A stretch of DNA of 62,839 nucleotides, filler included, from Collodictyon triciliatum (lineage: Eukaryota): assembly GCA_043381765.1 (NCBI GenBank). It is 4 parts of 4 records of this genome, joined end to end, with 100 filler letters (N's around TTAATTAATTAA, not from the genome) between each part and the next. Parts side by side here need not be neighbours in the genome. Positions count along the whole stretch, not along the records: positions 1 to 19,825 come from JBHJMP010001007.1; 3 more parts are not named here. One strand, given 5' to 3'. Position 1 is the first letter of the stretch. Each line of letters starts with the position of its first letter. A model generated the notes under the pieces. The model was not told where the DNA came from. It saw nothing but the letters and a program-made list of their open reading frames with translations, and ran no database searches. This document shows, piece by piece, positions 1 through 14,500 of this stretch. The position numbers were made by a program, and so were the translations under genes.

Positions 1-120
1 TTGTCTTTGTCTTTGTCTTTGTCTTTGTCTTTGTCTTTGTCTTTGTCTTTGTCTTTGTCTTTGTCTTTGTCTTTGTCTTTGTCTTTGTCTTTGTCTTTGT
101 CTTTGTCTTTGTCTTTGTCT
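1..120. repeat. (TTGTCT)n hexamer microsatellite, probably intronic
   Basis: 20 perfect copies read directly. Confidence 0.95.
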
Positions 121-162
121 TCGTTTTCTTATGTTTCTGTATATGCCCATTGAAATTGTATA

Positions 163-866
163 ATTATTGTCTGACCTCCACCAGGAAATGCGTGCGCATA
201 TGGAACGCCAACTCAGCCCCGTGGATGGCGAGTTGCTGAAAATCAAGGAGCTGAAAATTCAAATGCAAGATATACTGACCATCCGAGACCAGCTACTGCG
301 GCCCGAGGGCGTGGAGGGCGGGCTTGGAAGGCGCCGGTCGTTTGGAGACGAAGTGAAGGTCAAGTTCGAGAGAGACTTGGAGTCCATCTTTACAAAACTG
401 CGGGGCATTGAAGAGGAAATGAGTCAGATTTGGCTCTTGAAAACCTCCAACATCAAAGTAAAGCTCAGTTGTGCTATCAGATGGATTATATTACATTACT
501 ATGTAAAAGAAAAGTAAAGTCAAGCAAGCATGATATCAAGGAAAAATATTTACCATCCATTCGTGTCCTGTTGATGATATGTTTTCCTGATCTATTCATA
601 CAATTACCTTTAATCCAGAGGCGCCAGGAGATTGAGGAATTGAAGCGAACTATGGAAATCGCAATAATGAAACAGAAAACGGCGATTGATGAGTTGAAAC
701 GAAAAGTCAAGACAGATCTGGACGAGTTGCGCGCTCGGGTGAGCATCGATGTGAGTATTCATCAAATGGGTTATTTTATAATCTTTCCTTTTCTCCACTT
801 TTTCTTTTTCTTTTTCTTTCTTTCACAGCCTTAAGATGGAAATCAGGACACATTGATTCACAATTT
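163..866 (+). CDS. 3' exons of a coiled-coil protein (5' end outside the window)
   Basis: Heptad-like exons ~163-457 (..DLESIFTKLRGIEEEMSQ..) and ~620-750 (RRQEIEELKRTMEIAIMKQKTAIDELKRK) bounded by GT/AG. The terminal exon is uncertain. Confidence 0.5.
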
Positions 867-1338
867 TTGTAGGGTTCTGGTCAATAAGCGATTATAGTGA
901 GGTATATGTCATTATGGATATAAAAGCTAATATGCAGGCTTCTGTTCTCTGGATAAAAATAAGTAAAAACGTGACGGAACACAAGAACGTAACGGCACAA
1001 ATCAAGCAAGAAGGCCCGCACTGATAGTTTTTTTTTTTAAAAAAAAGGAAACAATACAATAGAAGGACTGTGTCACATTCTGATTTATTGCCTTTCGCTA
1101 TCCTTTCCCTCGCTTTCCCAAACACCCTCATTTCTCATCATCTCTTTGCTTCTTTTTCTCTTCCTGTATAGTCGAAAAAAATAAATGGTTCTGACAGCCT
1201 CACAAAATAAAGCAATACATCAAATCCAGCCTCGATGCACAGACAAGTTTCGTTTATCTCGCCAGGCGCGCTTTATTTGCACAATTTACAATCTGCTGTT
1301 TCCTTCGCGGTGCATCGCCATCATCATCATCAACAACA

Positions 1339-2628
1339 TCAACCAAGAAACACAGAAGACTTTCCTCCTGGCGGCGCGAGTCTTTTTGTATGGAACTGTG
1401 CGTCAAGCGGAGGATTGGCTCTATTCGCACATACACACGAAATAAAATAAGCGTGCAGTTTGCATCGCAGTTATCTTTTCAAAAAACAGAGATATGTATG
1501 GAGGCATGTGAACTAAGATCGACGTACGGTTGCCTTTGTTGTGGTTGTTGAGGTTGTCTCTGAGTAGGATATGTCCACGGGTCAAAGTTGCGTCGCGCTG
1601 GGTCGGCATAGTTTGCAGCCGGTACCGCAGAATCGCGCTTCGCTTGGGATATAATCTGTCCCGCCCCATTCGGTCGTAACCAAGAATCCTACCCCAAAAA
1701 GCAAAGGCACAAAAAGAAGATGAAAGTGAAGAAATGAAGAAGAAGAAGAAGAAAAAAAAGAGAAGGTATTTAGATGTGAATTCACGTTTGAGGATTTCAA
1801 ATCTTTTTGCTGATGCGGTAGAGGAGGCTAAAAAAGAAAGAAGGAAAAAAAGAGGCCACCAAGAAGCAACACGAAATTATAGTGTAAGACAAAGAAAAAA
1901 AGAAAAAAAGAAAAAAAGAAAAAAAGAAAAAAAGAAAAAAAGAAAAAAAGAAAAAAAGAAAAAAAGAAAAAAAGAAAAAAAGAAAAAAAAGAAAAAGGTG
2001 GCAGTGTCACGGGAAAGTGTTTCGTAGGTGCACGGATGAATGGACGAACCGATGGACTCTCTCGAGGAACATATTGATTCTGCCTTTGAGCAGTTTGTCC
2101 CGAGCCATCGCCAAGAATGCTGCCCATCTGCGACCGGCCGCCTGGTGGGTGCAGTCTTGATGGGTTTGAGAGAACGTCGCCGTTTGGCTGGTGGCCATAT
2201 TGATTGCTTGGTGCACTTGGACCGAATCCATATGGATTTTGTTGTTGTCCATATAGGTTTTGTTGCTGTCCATATTGTTGTTGGTGTTGGTGTTGTTGGT
2301 TATAATGTTGTCCATATTGTTGGTTATATTGGTGGTGATGATTTTGTTGCTGTTCATATGGGTTATGTTGCTGCTCGTATTGTTGATGATATTGTTGCTG
2401 TCCGTATAGATTTTGTGGGGTGGCCTTTGCTGGGTATGATGCAGGGTTCTGCTGGAGCGGAGGTTGGCGTGGGAGATGAAAGTACGAGTCTGCGCTGATT
2501 GGTGGGCCGGGAATGAACGGCTGCAAATCGAATCGAGTGGGCGGCTGAAGGGATGACTCCACAAGAATCGGGAGGTGTGTGCGAGGCGGAAGATACGAGA
2601 GTAGACTCGGTCCGAAGCCGCCGTTCAT
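1339..2628 (-). CDS. Q/Y-rich disordered protein with two PPGGxS motifs (Jupiter/HN1/SPIRAL1-like)
   Basis: Exon 1 is Q/Y/H-rich and contains SRLHPPGGRSQMGSILG. An exon at ~1690-1527 reads DSWLRPNG..QPQQPQQRQP. The last exon reads ANPPLDAQFHTKRLAPPGGKSSVFLG* (TGA at 1339), resembling the HN1/JPT1 C-terminus PPGGKSSLVLG. Confidence 0.6.
1893..1996. repeat. A6-7G low-complexity repeat, intronic
   Basis: Read directly; the same repeat type occurs at 61803-61897. Confidence 0.9.
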
Positions 2629-4097
2629 CGGGCTGGTGTCTCTCTTTCTGGCTCGTTGCTGTGGACGTCTGTGTCTCAAGAGCGGGTTTCTGGCTGGGGA
2701 AAAGGGTGAAGACGAAGGAAGAGTTTCGTGACGCTTTGGTATCTTGTGCTGGAGCTTTTTTCTTTCTTTTTTTTTTTTCTAATCTTTTCCACTTTTTTGT
2801 TCTCAATAAAAGGGAGCAGTCATTATGCGTTTGGGGATTCGCCATGGGCTTTGTAGGGTTGGCCTTCTTAGCGGATGTTGAGTGCAGGAGGCTTCTTTGT
2901 GACTCCTTTCTTGCCCAGATCATCCGCGACTCTCTCCTGATCGCAACATATGTGCTCAAGCAAAAGCAACGGACTGTGTGAGCTCGAAGCAAAGTGGGCC
3001 ACAAAGTCGGAGGACATACAAAGCAAAGGGTTGTCACAAAACACTCGCCCCTGAAAAACAACGCATTCCTGTCATTCGCGTCTCTTATGTTGACTTTGTA
3101 TAAACATGTCACTCAAAAAGATTTGAAGACAACGGGCGCTGTTGTCGTGGGACGGAGTCTCGTTGGTGCAGAGAACAGGGTAAATCAATGTCTTACTCTA
3201 CATATCCCATGTTGTCTGTTTCTTATTTTTGTCTTCGACTTTACTCGACGCAACGGTCAATGATAAGGCCATATAAGTAATGGTTAAGTGCGTGCATCTG
3301 GCGGAAAGCGGATGCAGATAAAAGATTAGGTGAGCATTGATATCACTGGGAGGATGCCACATAGAGAGTTCACAGCTTTCCACAATTCGCCTGCATCTAT
3401 TGGTGCCATTATGCTGGCTGGTTGCGAGGGTGAGGCCTTGGAGCAGTTTGTAGTGATAAGCTCGAGAGTAGCAGCATCATAGTCTCGCCTTGACCACATC
3501 TTTGAGAAGAAGACGTGGGTGTTCTTTTTGTTGTTGCGTGGTAATAAATGCTGCATGTCCTCAGATGCTGTGCAGGAAGGATACAAGGTCTTTTGTTTTT
3601 CATTTCCTAGTCCGAAGAACCATTTCTCCATCTGCTCAAAGTCTCGCAAGTATCTCGCTTCCCATTTTTCACGGTTTTGTGAATATCTGATGTTAGCTGC
3701 TTCGCAAGTTTATCCTCTAAGCTCGCCAGTTTTCCCTCTTGGTTTTGTTTTAATCACACATTTTATGAATTGCGCTCATTTTTTTAATCATCAATGTTTT
3801 CAAATGCTGTTGCTAAGGTATTTGAGAATACATTCTGGCACTTCTTTCCTCTCTATTTTTTTGTCTGATACGTCCCGTCCAAACGGAGCGTTACAACTTC
3901 GGCCGGTAAGAATTATATAACCTGCCCTTTCGTTCATCCATTTGTGCGCCAAAGAAACAATCATATTAAATTCATTTTATTTGAAAATTATTCAAGAAAA
4001 TGAGAATGAAACACCAAAAAATTAAAAAGATAAATGAAAGATGAATAAAAACAATATTAATCAAGGTTCGAAGGTGGGGCAACACCACGAGACATCT

Positions 4098-7000
4098 CTA
4101 TTTCTTTCTGGCACTTCGAATCAAGAAAAAGTACGCTGCGATGCGATAAGCAGCTCCGATTGCAAATGTTATGACGATATTCCTTGTATAACTGTCAATG
4201 TCGTATCTGAAGGGAGTTTGGATAACATCAGATAAATTCATGATTCCAATTTTTCTTTTTGTAATACATAATGAAAAAAAAATATAGAGAAATCTGGAGG
4301 GAATTAAATGCCTGGAAAATAGCATCGTGATTTGAAATAAGTACTGTATACCCTCGAGAATTTACGTTGTGGATAACCTCATCTCTGTAAGGAGAGTCAT
4401 CAGAAGCGTATATCTTGATCATCTGCTTAGTTTATAATCAAAAAACAGGCATCATTAACTATGAATCGGAATGGCAACTCAACACATATCAGTACTTATG
4501 ATGCGATAGCCAAACTACATCCTGCGTAATCGAAAACAAAAAATATTAAATGAAAAAGAATAAAATAAGACAAACATTCACGAATGCAGCTTCAGCAACA
4601 TAACGAGAGAATGACAAGTCCCAGAATACACGAGCGACAGAGAAGGACGAGTACACTGTTTCCAGTTGCGGAGAAATCCCCGAACACACACAAAAAGCAA
4701 ACAGTACAACAGCCTGATCAAACCGAGTATAGAGTGATTTTTTAAGTCAGGAACAACAAATTATTTTACAGTCATCTAAAATGGAGAATGTCCCTATAAA
4801 ACAATCAAGGTACCAAATATTTAGAGTTAAAATTATAAGATACATACCCCAACAACATGAGCGCTCTCTTTGCTAAAAAGAACACTCATCAGGTAACCCA
4901 ATCCATAACCAGTAAACTCCAGGCTGAGAATCAGTGTGTAGTATTCGGCAAAGGACGTCGTTGGACGAAGCATCACCACAAGCACTCCGGTGAAGAACAG
5001 GGAACCATACTGTAAGGATTATACAGGCATTTATTTACTATTACCATTGATATTGCTTTAGCAAAGCTAAATTACAAACGGTTGATGGTATAAAAGGGTT
5101 TCAATGTAAAATTGGATATTTTGAACACACAATTAGATGGAAGTGTGCATTTATCAATCGCATAAAATCATACCACAACCCAAAACATATCAACGATATT
5201 TTTGCCGATAAAGTATGCAAGGCTATTTGTTCCAGACCGATGTTCTCGCCAAAAGATCGGCAACTCGTCTCCAAAAGTCAGCACAGAAACCGTCACGGCA
5301 CATGCACCCACAGAAAGATTTACGAAAAAGGAGGACTAATGAATTTGAACCAAATTAGCTTCTTCTTTTCGACCGTTCTCTCTATCGCTCCCTGTTACGT
5401 TGGAAATACTGACGCACCTGAACAACGGTAGTGTCAAACAGCGTTTCTTTGAGACAAAGGTCTTTCACCACTGGAGGACAGAATTCAGCCAACCAACGAG
5501 GCAGAGGAGGAAGGTACATCCGAGAGCCTTGTGCAAAACCCGCTCCAAGAGCAATTGCAATGGCAAGATGAATAAGCAGGTATGTTCGGGTGGTCGTGGG
5601 GTTTCGGTACTTCTGCGTAAATCCTCTCCTATGAATTTCACAAAATTCAGCTTTATTTTAAATTTTCTTTTTCTTTTCTTTCTGAATATAATCATGTTTC
5701 GAGATTTTTCTATGATTCAGAACAATACTAAAGCAAATAATATACACAGAATAGAAATTATAGCCACCGAAGAACAATACTAACCAATATACTAATATAC
5801 AAACAATAAATCATAGCTCTTTTCTTAAAACATAGGAAGTCAGACATTGTGCAATAGACAAGCTGGCTCCAAAATCCTGGAACAACACGAATATCCTTGT
5901 CTGCATGTCCAATAGAATTGTTAACAGACTCTGCTGTGTTCGAGCGAGGAATGGGTGCCGAGCTCTGTACACAGGACACATCAGACCATATCTTCACCAA
6001 ATCGTCCGGCTACGGATGAAATAATGATGTAATTTAATGAGCTACTTGACTCCAATGTAATGGTATATTCCTTTGTTGGGGTGAATATATTCATAAATGA
6101 TATGTATAATTGGATAGAACCTTAATAACGTCCTTTGAATCGAATATAAGAAAAATTAAAATAATCTTATGGGTGATTACCAAGAAATCAGGAAACCCCT
6201 GACGAGGGCACTTTCCAGATATCACGTCCATGAAAAAGTCAGCAGGGTTCGTGTTTGAAGGCAAGAGAAATCCGAGTTGAGTAAAATACTCCAATGCGCG
6301 CCTGTTTGTCGGTCGCAGTATAGAAGTAAGGACACATTTTAAAATTGTACGATGAGGTTCAACGGTTATTGATGCGATTACATCAGCACATGAAAAAAAA
6401 TCCTCACGAAGATCTTCCCTCATACACCGTCCGACCACCTTTTGCAAGCATCAAAACTTGGTCGAACATAGCAAATGTTTCATATCTGAATTTTAATTTT
6501 TTTTTTTCGCCTTAGTATTTTGAGACATTACCGCAAAATAGTCCTTTGAATCGAATAAAGGAAAATAATTACCGAAAATGGACGGCAATAATCAAATGGG
6601 TTCAGATTATGATTATGATTATGATTATGATTATGATTATGATTATTATTTTGTATAAAATGGTGAATCAGAAAACCTCGGTTGGTGGATGATTGCTACA
6701 ACCGTACGGCCTTGTGTGGCAACCAGCTTCAGGTAGCGAACAACCTTGGATTGAAACAACGTTGAGTTTTTATATAATCATATCGACTTTGTGAATTTGC
6801 TGAAATGATTTATGCTTAAGACCTCAAGTGCCGTGCTGCTGTCCAATCCTGTCGTCGGCTCATCCAATATCAACATAGCGGGATTCATCACCAGTTCCAT
6901 CCCAATGCTCACTCTCTTCTTCTGACCACCACTAATACCTCGGACAACCTCATCTCCGATTATGGAGTTACGAACCTATAAGTCACCGAAACGTAACTTT

Positions 7001-10000
7001 CAATATCAGAATCAAAACACATATTTTACTATTATGCAACTTTTTTCTTCAATAGAACTGTGAGGAACCTTTGTGAGATCTAAAAGATGAATGACAGCAT
7101 CGACTTGGCTTTCGATATCCTTGTATTTCCATTTTCTCGATAACCTTGTTAATGCGCTGATACACCGACCAGATATTAGCACAGTTGTTATAGTTTCTCA
7201 AAACCCAGTTAATCTGTTACTATAAAAAAAATAACTGACTTGAATATTATTTAAAAAAGCACCCACCTATGCATCAAGATTTCTTTAACTGTCAAAATAT
7301 TAATCATAATATCGTCCTGTGTAATATTTGTGGTAAGTTTGAAGTTATGAACAAAATACATATACTTTAAACTCATATTCCAATAATAAAAAGTAGATAC
7401 TGATGCGGTGTCGTATATTCATGATGACGCAAGAAAATTTTATAGGGAACCTGAGGTACAAATCCGATAATTTTTCGGTGCTCAGAAAGCTCATCTATCT
7501 CTCCGTTGATACGAACTTCTCCCCCGCTTCGATTGATTTGTCCTAGAAGACAGTTTATCAACGTTGTTTTTCCTGAGCCGCTCGGTCCCATCACAGCGGT
7601 AACCTTTTCCCAAAAAAATAAATAAATAATGAATTTAAAACATTAAAGCGACACAATTAGAAATCAAACACCTAAAATTTCAAATGATTATTTCTTAGAG
7701 TTTTCTCTTTTCTATCTTTACTTTGCCACTGGAGAATTTTCCATTCACACCAGACATGATTGTTTTGGGTTCAGATTTTCCGTCCGTCGCTGGAATAGTT
7801 ACTGACAAGTCATTGAATTTGATGTTAAGCCGGACTTCTACCTGGTGAATTGAAGTACGTTACTTTCGATGACGACGTAACAAGATGCCTTAAAACAATA
7901 AATTAAAGGCAACATACATCTTTCATGACAGCAGATGCATCGACTTCCACCTCTACATGTTCATTTTCTTCGTCGTTGTCATTCCTGACTTTTTTGAAAA
8001 CCTTTTCGCCTTTTTTTTCGTCCTCTACGTTTTGTGGATAAGTTCATTATTTTTTTGTCGGCGGTGTAAGAGTTTGTCCACTAATACTTCAATAATTAAA
8101 TCTATATGCAAGATTCCAAAGATTGATACTAGAAATACTTGAGAGCGAGTGGTTGAGAATATTTAAGCAATTAATATTGTCTCGTACCTTCGGACATCCG
8201 AACCCATGCGATTTCTTCTCGGCTTTTAACAATTCGATAAGCAACCAGCACAATAATGAGAAAAATAATAGCCATGATGACTCCGTTAAACGGTGTATCT
8301 ACCATCGCACCCTCCGGACAAACACTCAATATCTGGCACTCTGCCGATAATGTGTTAATGAGAATCCCAATTATGCGACAGTAATTCATGAAAGTAGGCT
8401 AGGACATCACAGAGATTGATATATCAAACTTACTAACTGGTTTCCACATTCCGGCCGGGCAATAGTAGCCAGTCGGACACCTAATGGACGGCCCTGCAGA
8501 GTCCGGGCAGTAATAGCCAGGCTCACAAAATGACATTCGTTCGATGTGCCCATCTGCTACCGGGCAGCTAAATCCTGATAAATATTTGAGTGACTGAAGT
8601 AACATCGTAGCCCACTTTATTTTTAATTCGTTTCTTTACATCATTTTTTTTATAAAAAAAACCTTTTGTGCAGCGCCTCATATCACCAAACAAAGTCACA
8701 CTAGCATCCGGCGATGAACAATTATTCTCTTGCCAAAGAAGTGGGGGATTCTTCCACGCTTGACTCAGCCTTACAAGTACCTTGCTATTGTCATCAGCAT
8801 CGATTATATCCACATCCCTCCCCACTATTCAGGTAATATTTTTCCTTTAGTAGCATTTCCAATATTTGTTTCTTCATGGGCGCATTTTTGATAACAAAGT
8901 TTGTGTTTTGGTATGATGAGAAATGAATGATTACTATCGAGAAGATTTGCAACAATACCAGTACGGTCACACATCATCTGTTGATGTGAAAAAAAAGAGC
9001 AATTTATGATGTGAAGGTTAGTTGCTTTTCAATACGCTCTGCTTGGGAAATAGTATACTTGTAAATGCAATTATGTATTTAAAAACTGAAATGAAAAGTC
9101 CGAATTCCAGCTATGAAGTAAATTTAAAAACAAGAAGACAGTACCTCATAGACGGATACATCCATGTATTCTACGTCCAAATCGGATGTCACTTTCAAGT
9201 GGCATAAGCCACCCGAGCACTGTTAATAAATATTATGTCCAATACCATTAGAGAAAAAACATGCTAGTTTTTTTGCTCAGTTATTTTTTTTTAAAAAAAA
9301 AAGAAATAATGCTGGTAATTCCAATACATACATAGCAATATGGCTGCGAAGGGTTCATCTCACAGGAGGTCTCAATCGCCAGATTACACATGCGCTCACC
9401 TTGCCTGCCTGGGACAGACAAACCTGCGTTTTCCCAGACCTTTATATCATGGAGAATGTGAGATAAAATTGAATTGATGAAAATAGAAAACGACCGATGG
9501 GTCGTTAATATTACAAAACATACAGCATTATTCTGACAGAATCCATTCGCATTAACTGTGGTGCAGTTGTCACGAGTCACAAAGCACGGGTATTTTCGAG
9601 TTGAATAGTACAATGTGGCAAAGAAGTTTTTCAGCTTAGACGAGAAGTCATTCAGATCGCACCTTTGATTTAAATTGCCATATAATATCACGCTCTGTGT
9701 GAGGTAAAGCAATAAGATTGGTGTGTATTGGTCAGAAGATTTTTACTACAGAATACCTTTTTCTTATTTGGGTGAAAATAATAATAATATGAGATGATGA
9801 TTCACACCAGTGTTAAGCAACCCACAAACCTCCTCAAAGAAGCCTTTGCATGTTCCACAGACTGAACGCAGCTCTGAGGCTGAAAGCACCGCGCCATTGG
9901 CCAAAGTCTGCAGGGTGTATTCTGTTTGGTTGACACAAAATAGAGTTTTTCCCCACGACTGAAGAAGATTGTCCACTTTTTTGTCACAAGAAAGCAAAGT

Positions 10001-10129
10001 ATCCTGCCCTTTGTCCTCACCCTGCTTTTGCGACGTGAAAAAGTCTCCTTGAGCGGCACTGCTTGCCACGATTATTGCCTGCAAGGACAGAACTGCCAAG
10101 ACAGAGGAGAACAGCCTCGAGTGTTGCAT
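4098..10129 (-). CDS. ABCG half-transporter with signal peptide and Cys-rich ectodomain (plant ABCG24/28 or fungal ADP1-like architecture), >20 exons
   Basis: Signal peptide [43 protein letters not shown] repeats; TM helix; Walker A GPSGSGKT (~7590); [33 protein letters not shown] (~6940-6840); [13 protein letters not shown]; terminal TM ..[16 protein letters not shown]. Confidence 0.93.
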
Positions 10130-11553
10130 TGGTGGGTAGCTTTGAAGGGTTCTTTCAGATCTGCTGCGTGAATAATAATGTTATTAGCATTTTTAAAATA
10201 AAAAGAGGATCATTTTGCATCTCCAAGGGCTTTTTTGGGAGAGTTGCAAGAAGGGCGTGTTGTTTTATATTCCATCACTAACATGAAAGAGTGATTGCTT
10301 CGTTGCTTTTGATATCTTTGTGGATTGGATTTTGCTGGATTGCATCAATATTTACGTGTTAGCTTCACTTTCATGACAGCAAGGATGATGCACGTTGTGA
10401 TATTGTAATGAACATCGGTTTTTGAATGCTGTCTAATAATTGATTGTCGAAAACCTTGGTTGGAAGGAGAAGAAAAAAAGATAATTCTCGACATATATAT
10501 ATACGAGGATTGTCGATATTATGTTGTTCAGAGGATTGACCTATTCGGCTCCAGTTCTGGCCATTTTCAATGTATTTCTCGAGCATATATCTTATCCACA
10601 AGACAGAACCTGCATCGAAAATGCAGCAAGCTTTTGCACGCTTCATACAAATCATTCTTATTTTCTGCAAATGTTATTGAAGTGGTGACTTAATTGCACC
10701 GATTACTGTCTCTGTGAATCAGGAGAGCCGAGCATTATTTTTTTCATGTTTTTGTTTCTGCAAAGTAACGGAAACTTCCTTTTGAAGCGGATTTGTAACG
10801 GCACGATAGGCTATTTGGAGACAGTTCTCGAACGAAATCTTCTTTCGGCGAAAGAGATAGCGTTATCCACAGCGAAATCCTTCTTTGGTGGAAAATATTG
10901 CATTCAAAACACAACCTCTCACCAAAAAGATTCCGTTGGGTGAAGGGTTAGAAGCCCCACAACTTCAAACTGTCAAAGAAAGATGAAAATGAAGAATAGC
11001 ATTTTTTTGTACCTGTTTCACTCATGGTGGCTTTGTAATGATTTTTTTTTATTTTTCTTTTGTTTTTGGTTTGTTGCGACGAAGCGAGCAAAGTATCGAC
11101 AAATACAGGTTTCAAAAGTATGAAAGAATGGTGAATCGAATATGTGTCTGTTCAGCATGGATTGCTCGCCCTGATTGCGTCCATAGAAAAGCCGCTCTAC
11201 AGGCTAAGGTCAAAGTCGAGTCAGAGGAATGGGAAAGAGAAATCAGATATTTTATTGACCTCTCGAGACCTGTTCTGATTCATTCTAATCTTCTTTCAAT
11301 TTGAACAAGCACAATCGTATGTCCTCTTTGGCAAACATCTACAAAGCAGAAACTTCACAATAAAATCATCACATCAATTCTAATTCCAAAGAAAAATGAG
11401 AAAGCTTGTCTCGATAAATGACAAAGAACTTGCATTAAATATCTTTTTCTTGAAACAGACCTGCACTTGTCAACCAAGCAAAACATCAAGTCCAAAGAAC
11501 CCATCAAGGCGAACCGAAAAAAGAAATAAAGTTTGAAAATAATCAGGAGTCCC

Positions 11554-14500
11554 ATGCGAGGCCAACTAATGCGAGGCCAGACTGTGCTGTTGTGCATGGT
11601 CACTCTTGCCTGCACAACCTTTCCGACTACTCGCAGCTTCGACTATCCCATCCCAGCCAGCACTGTGTGCGACATTAATCCGTATTACTGGGGCGGAGAC
11701 AACAATGCGCACGAGTCATATCTGATGCTTTCAGGAGATATATGCACGCCTCCCATCGCTCCCGTCAATGAAGTCTGCACAGCATGCAAGCCCACCGCCC
11801 AGCCTGCCTGCTTCTGCAATCCAGGTTCGAACTTACCTCATAGCTTTCAAACGTGTCTTACTCAGGACATGGACCTATCTGATGTGTTTTTGAAACATCA
11901 AACGTGTACAAATAACTAACCATGATTATTGTCTTAATTTTTTCTTATCAAATATTTACAATGTGTCATCAAGGGCTTGCCTGTCTACCGGGCCCAGGTG
12001 CGTCATGATATTGCTATTTTATTTTCAATTTGATTGAATGAATCACCATCTTATTTATTATTTTATTTTATTTTGTTTTCATTTTCATTATCATCACTAT
12101 GGAGTTTATTGGTGTTTGAGACATGGAATTCCACATTTTGGTTGTTGGATGGTGGTACAATATTAATTTTCCTCTCAAAAGACTATCCCTCTTGCAAACG
12201 ATGCCCCAAAGGATACTACTGCCCCTACGCTGGTAACTACGAGCCCATCCCTTGCGAACAGGGACACTTTTGCCCTGAGGGTAGCATCTATCAACGAAGT
12301 TTGTCTCGTTGGCATATACCATAAACACTTTATATGTCCATAATTTTTCAGTTTTTTTGTTTTAAGTTGATTATTATATTATTTAATAAATTTATATTTA
12401 ATCCCAGAGTGCCGCCCTATGGATGTCTGTCCTGAAAAATCGCACTCATTTGTGTATCTGGGTGGGCTTGTCACTGACTTTATTGTCCTTGTTTCGCTCT
12501 ATGCAATCATTCGTTTCTGGAAGAAAACAGCGAGACCGAATAATCCCGTAATAAATCACATTGTAAATTTTTCTTTTGGCTCGCAGTGTGAATTTCAATT
12601 CATAATTAAAATACTTTCATTTTCCCTTGCGGTGATTATATTCTTACTCGACTATTAATTGCATGCAGGAAAGCATATTTGTCAGAAAAACAATTAATCC
12701 AAAAATTGCTGAACAAGGCGGTGAAGGAGATGAGTCTCAAAAGCGTACTCAAATTTAATCAATTCCTTTCTAATTTTTTTATCCGCCCATAATAGAGTTC
12801 GAACTATTTCTTATTTATATATCAATCTCGTAGCAAAATTCATGACATTTGACCTCAAGTTTGTGGACCTCGGGTTCACACTCGAAGTATCCAAAGGGCT
12901 CATCAGAAAAACAGTCAGGAAAATTCCCATCCTAGCCGGAGTCTCTGGCGAGCTCCCACACGGAAAGGTAGCATGTTTTCGTTAACATTCATTCACAAAT
13001 ATGCACTTCATACTCATGCTGATATCCAATTAACATTTTGTTAAGGTCACAGCCATCATGGGTCCCAGCGGCGCAGGAAAAACAACATTCCTAAACGTTC
13101 TGTGCGGCAAGGTTTTTAATGAGATGACACCACATTCTATGGCACTTATAAAACCACGCTCTCTTTTAAGTTGAAAAATGTGTTCCTGTGGGATAGGTGA
13201 CAAGGTCTTCCGGCAAGGTTTATATTAACGGGAAGGAAGATGAAATCGAGAGATACACAAAAGTCATCGGGTTTGTCCCACAGGTAAGAATAACATCGAA
13301 TAGGCGAAGTTGGAGAGATGTGAGATGTACATATGGGTATTATATATCAACTTTATTATTTTATTCATGTAGGGTGATGTAATGCTTCGAACACTAACTG
13401 TAGAAGAGGTTTTAGTAAGATTTGAGTCCAAACATCAATAATAATTGAGGCTGTAATAAGAACTTAAAAATATATTTCTTGATACCTCCAATAAATAAAC
13501 CAAAGATTCACAGTGCCAGAGTCCGTCTCCCTGCAAACACAACGTCGGACCAAATCCACCAGAAGGTGACTAGAACATTAACATTTATATTTTTATTGGA
13601 GTTTTTAGTTTGAGGCTTTACATTTGTACTTAAAATCATGATGTAATGGTTGATTCTCTTCGAATTTTGCAGGTCAACGAAGTCATTCAGATTCTAGGTT
13701 TGCAAGAATGTCGCAACACAATAATTGGGGACGAATTGAAGCGTGGTATCAGCGGCGGTAAGCATGGGCCATTGATTTGTTCTTAACAGTGTATGATATA
13801 AATAATTATGCCGTCGAGAGTGCTGTGTCTTACAAAATCTCTTATCACAGGCCAACGCAAGAGAGTAAATATCGGAATGGAGCTTGTGATGAATCCGTCT
13901 CTACTTTTCTTGGATGAACCTACTTCTGGATTGGACAGTTCGTCGGCTGAAGAATGTGTCCGGACACTCAAAACAATTGCTGGGTGAGAAAGGGTGGTCT
14001 TCATTCCAATTCTCCTCGTGTGACTATGAATGAATTTTTTCTATCATGATAACGAAATGTATGCGTTCGTTAGGATGGGAATCAACGTGATTGCTGTGAT
14101 TCACCAGCCTCGTGTAGAAATATTCCGCATGTTCGACACTCTTTTGCTTCTTGGAAAGGTAGCTTTCTTATCTCGCGTAAAATCAAAAGGCACACAATCC
14201 AGCGAATATTCTGCTTCTATTATTTACAGCATCTTGTAATAGCCACACAATTGATTCACAGGGTGGTCGCACAGTCTATCTTGGGCCACCCATGGACGGA
14301 ATCGACCATTTTACGTCTCTCGGATATGAAGTCGAGGAGAACGTTAATGCCCCCGATTGGTATCTTGACATCACTAGTGGGATGGTGAAAAACTCGAAAA
14401 CCCCTGATGCAGAGGCCTCGTTTCTCTTTGATGAGTGGGATAAGCTGCATCCGTATGAGAAACCCGCACCATCAGAAGCCCGTCGCTTCAAAGATGTAAA

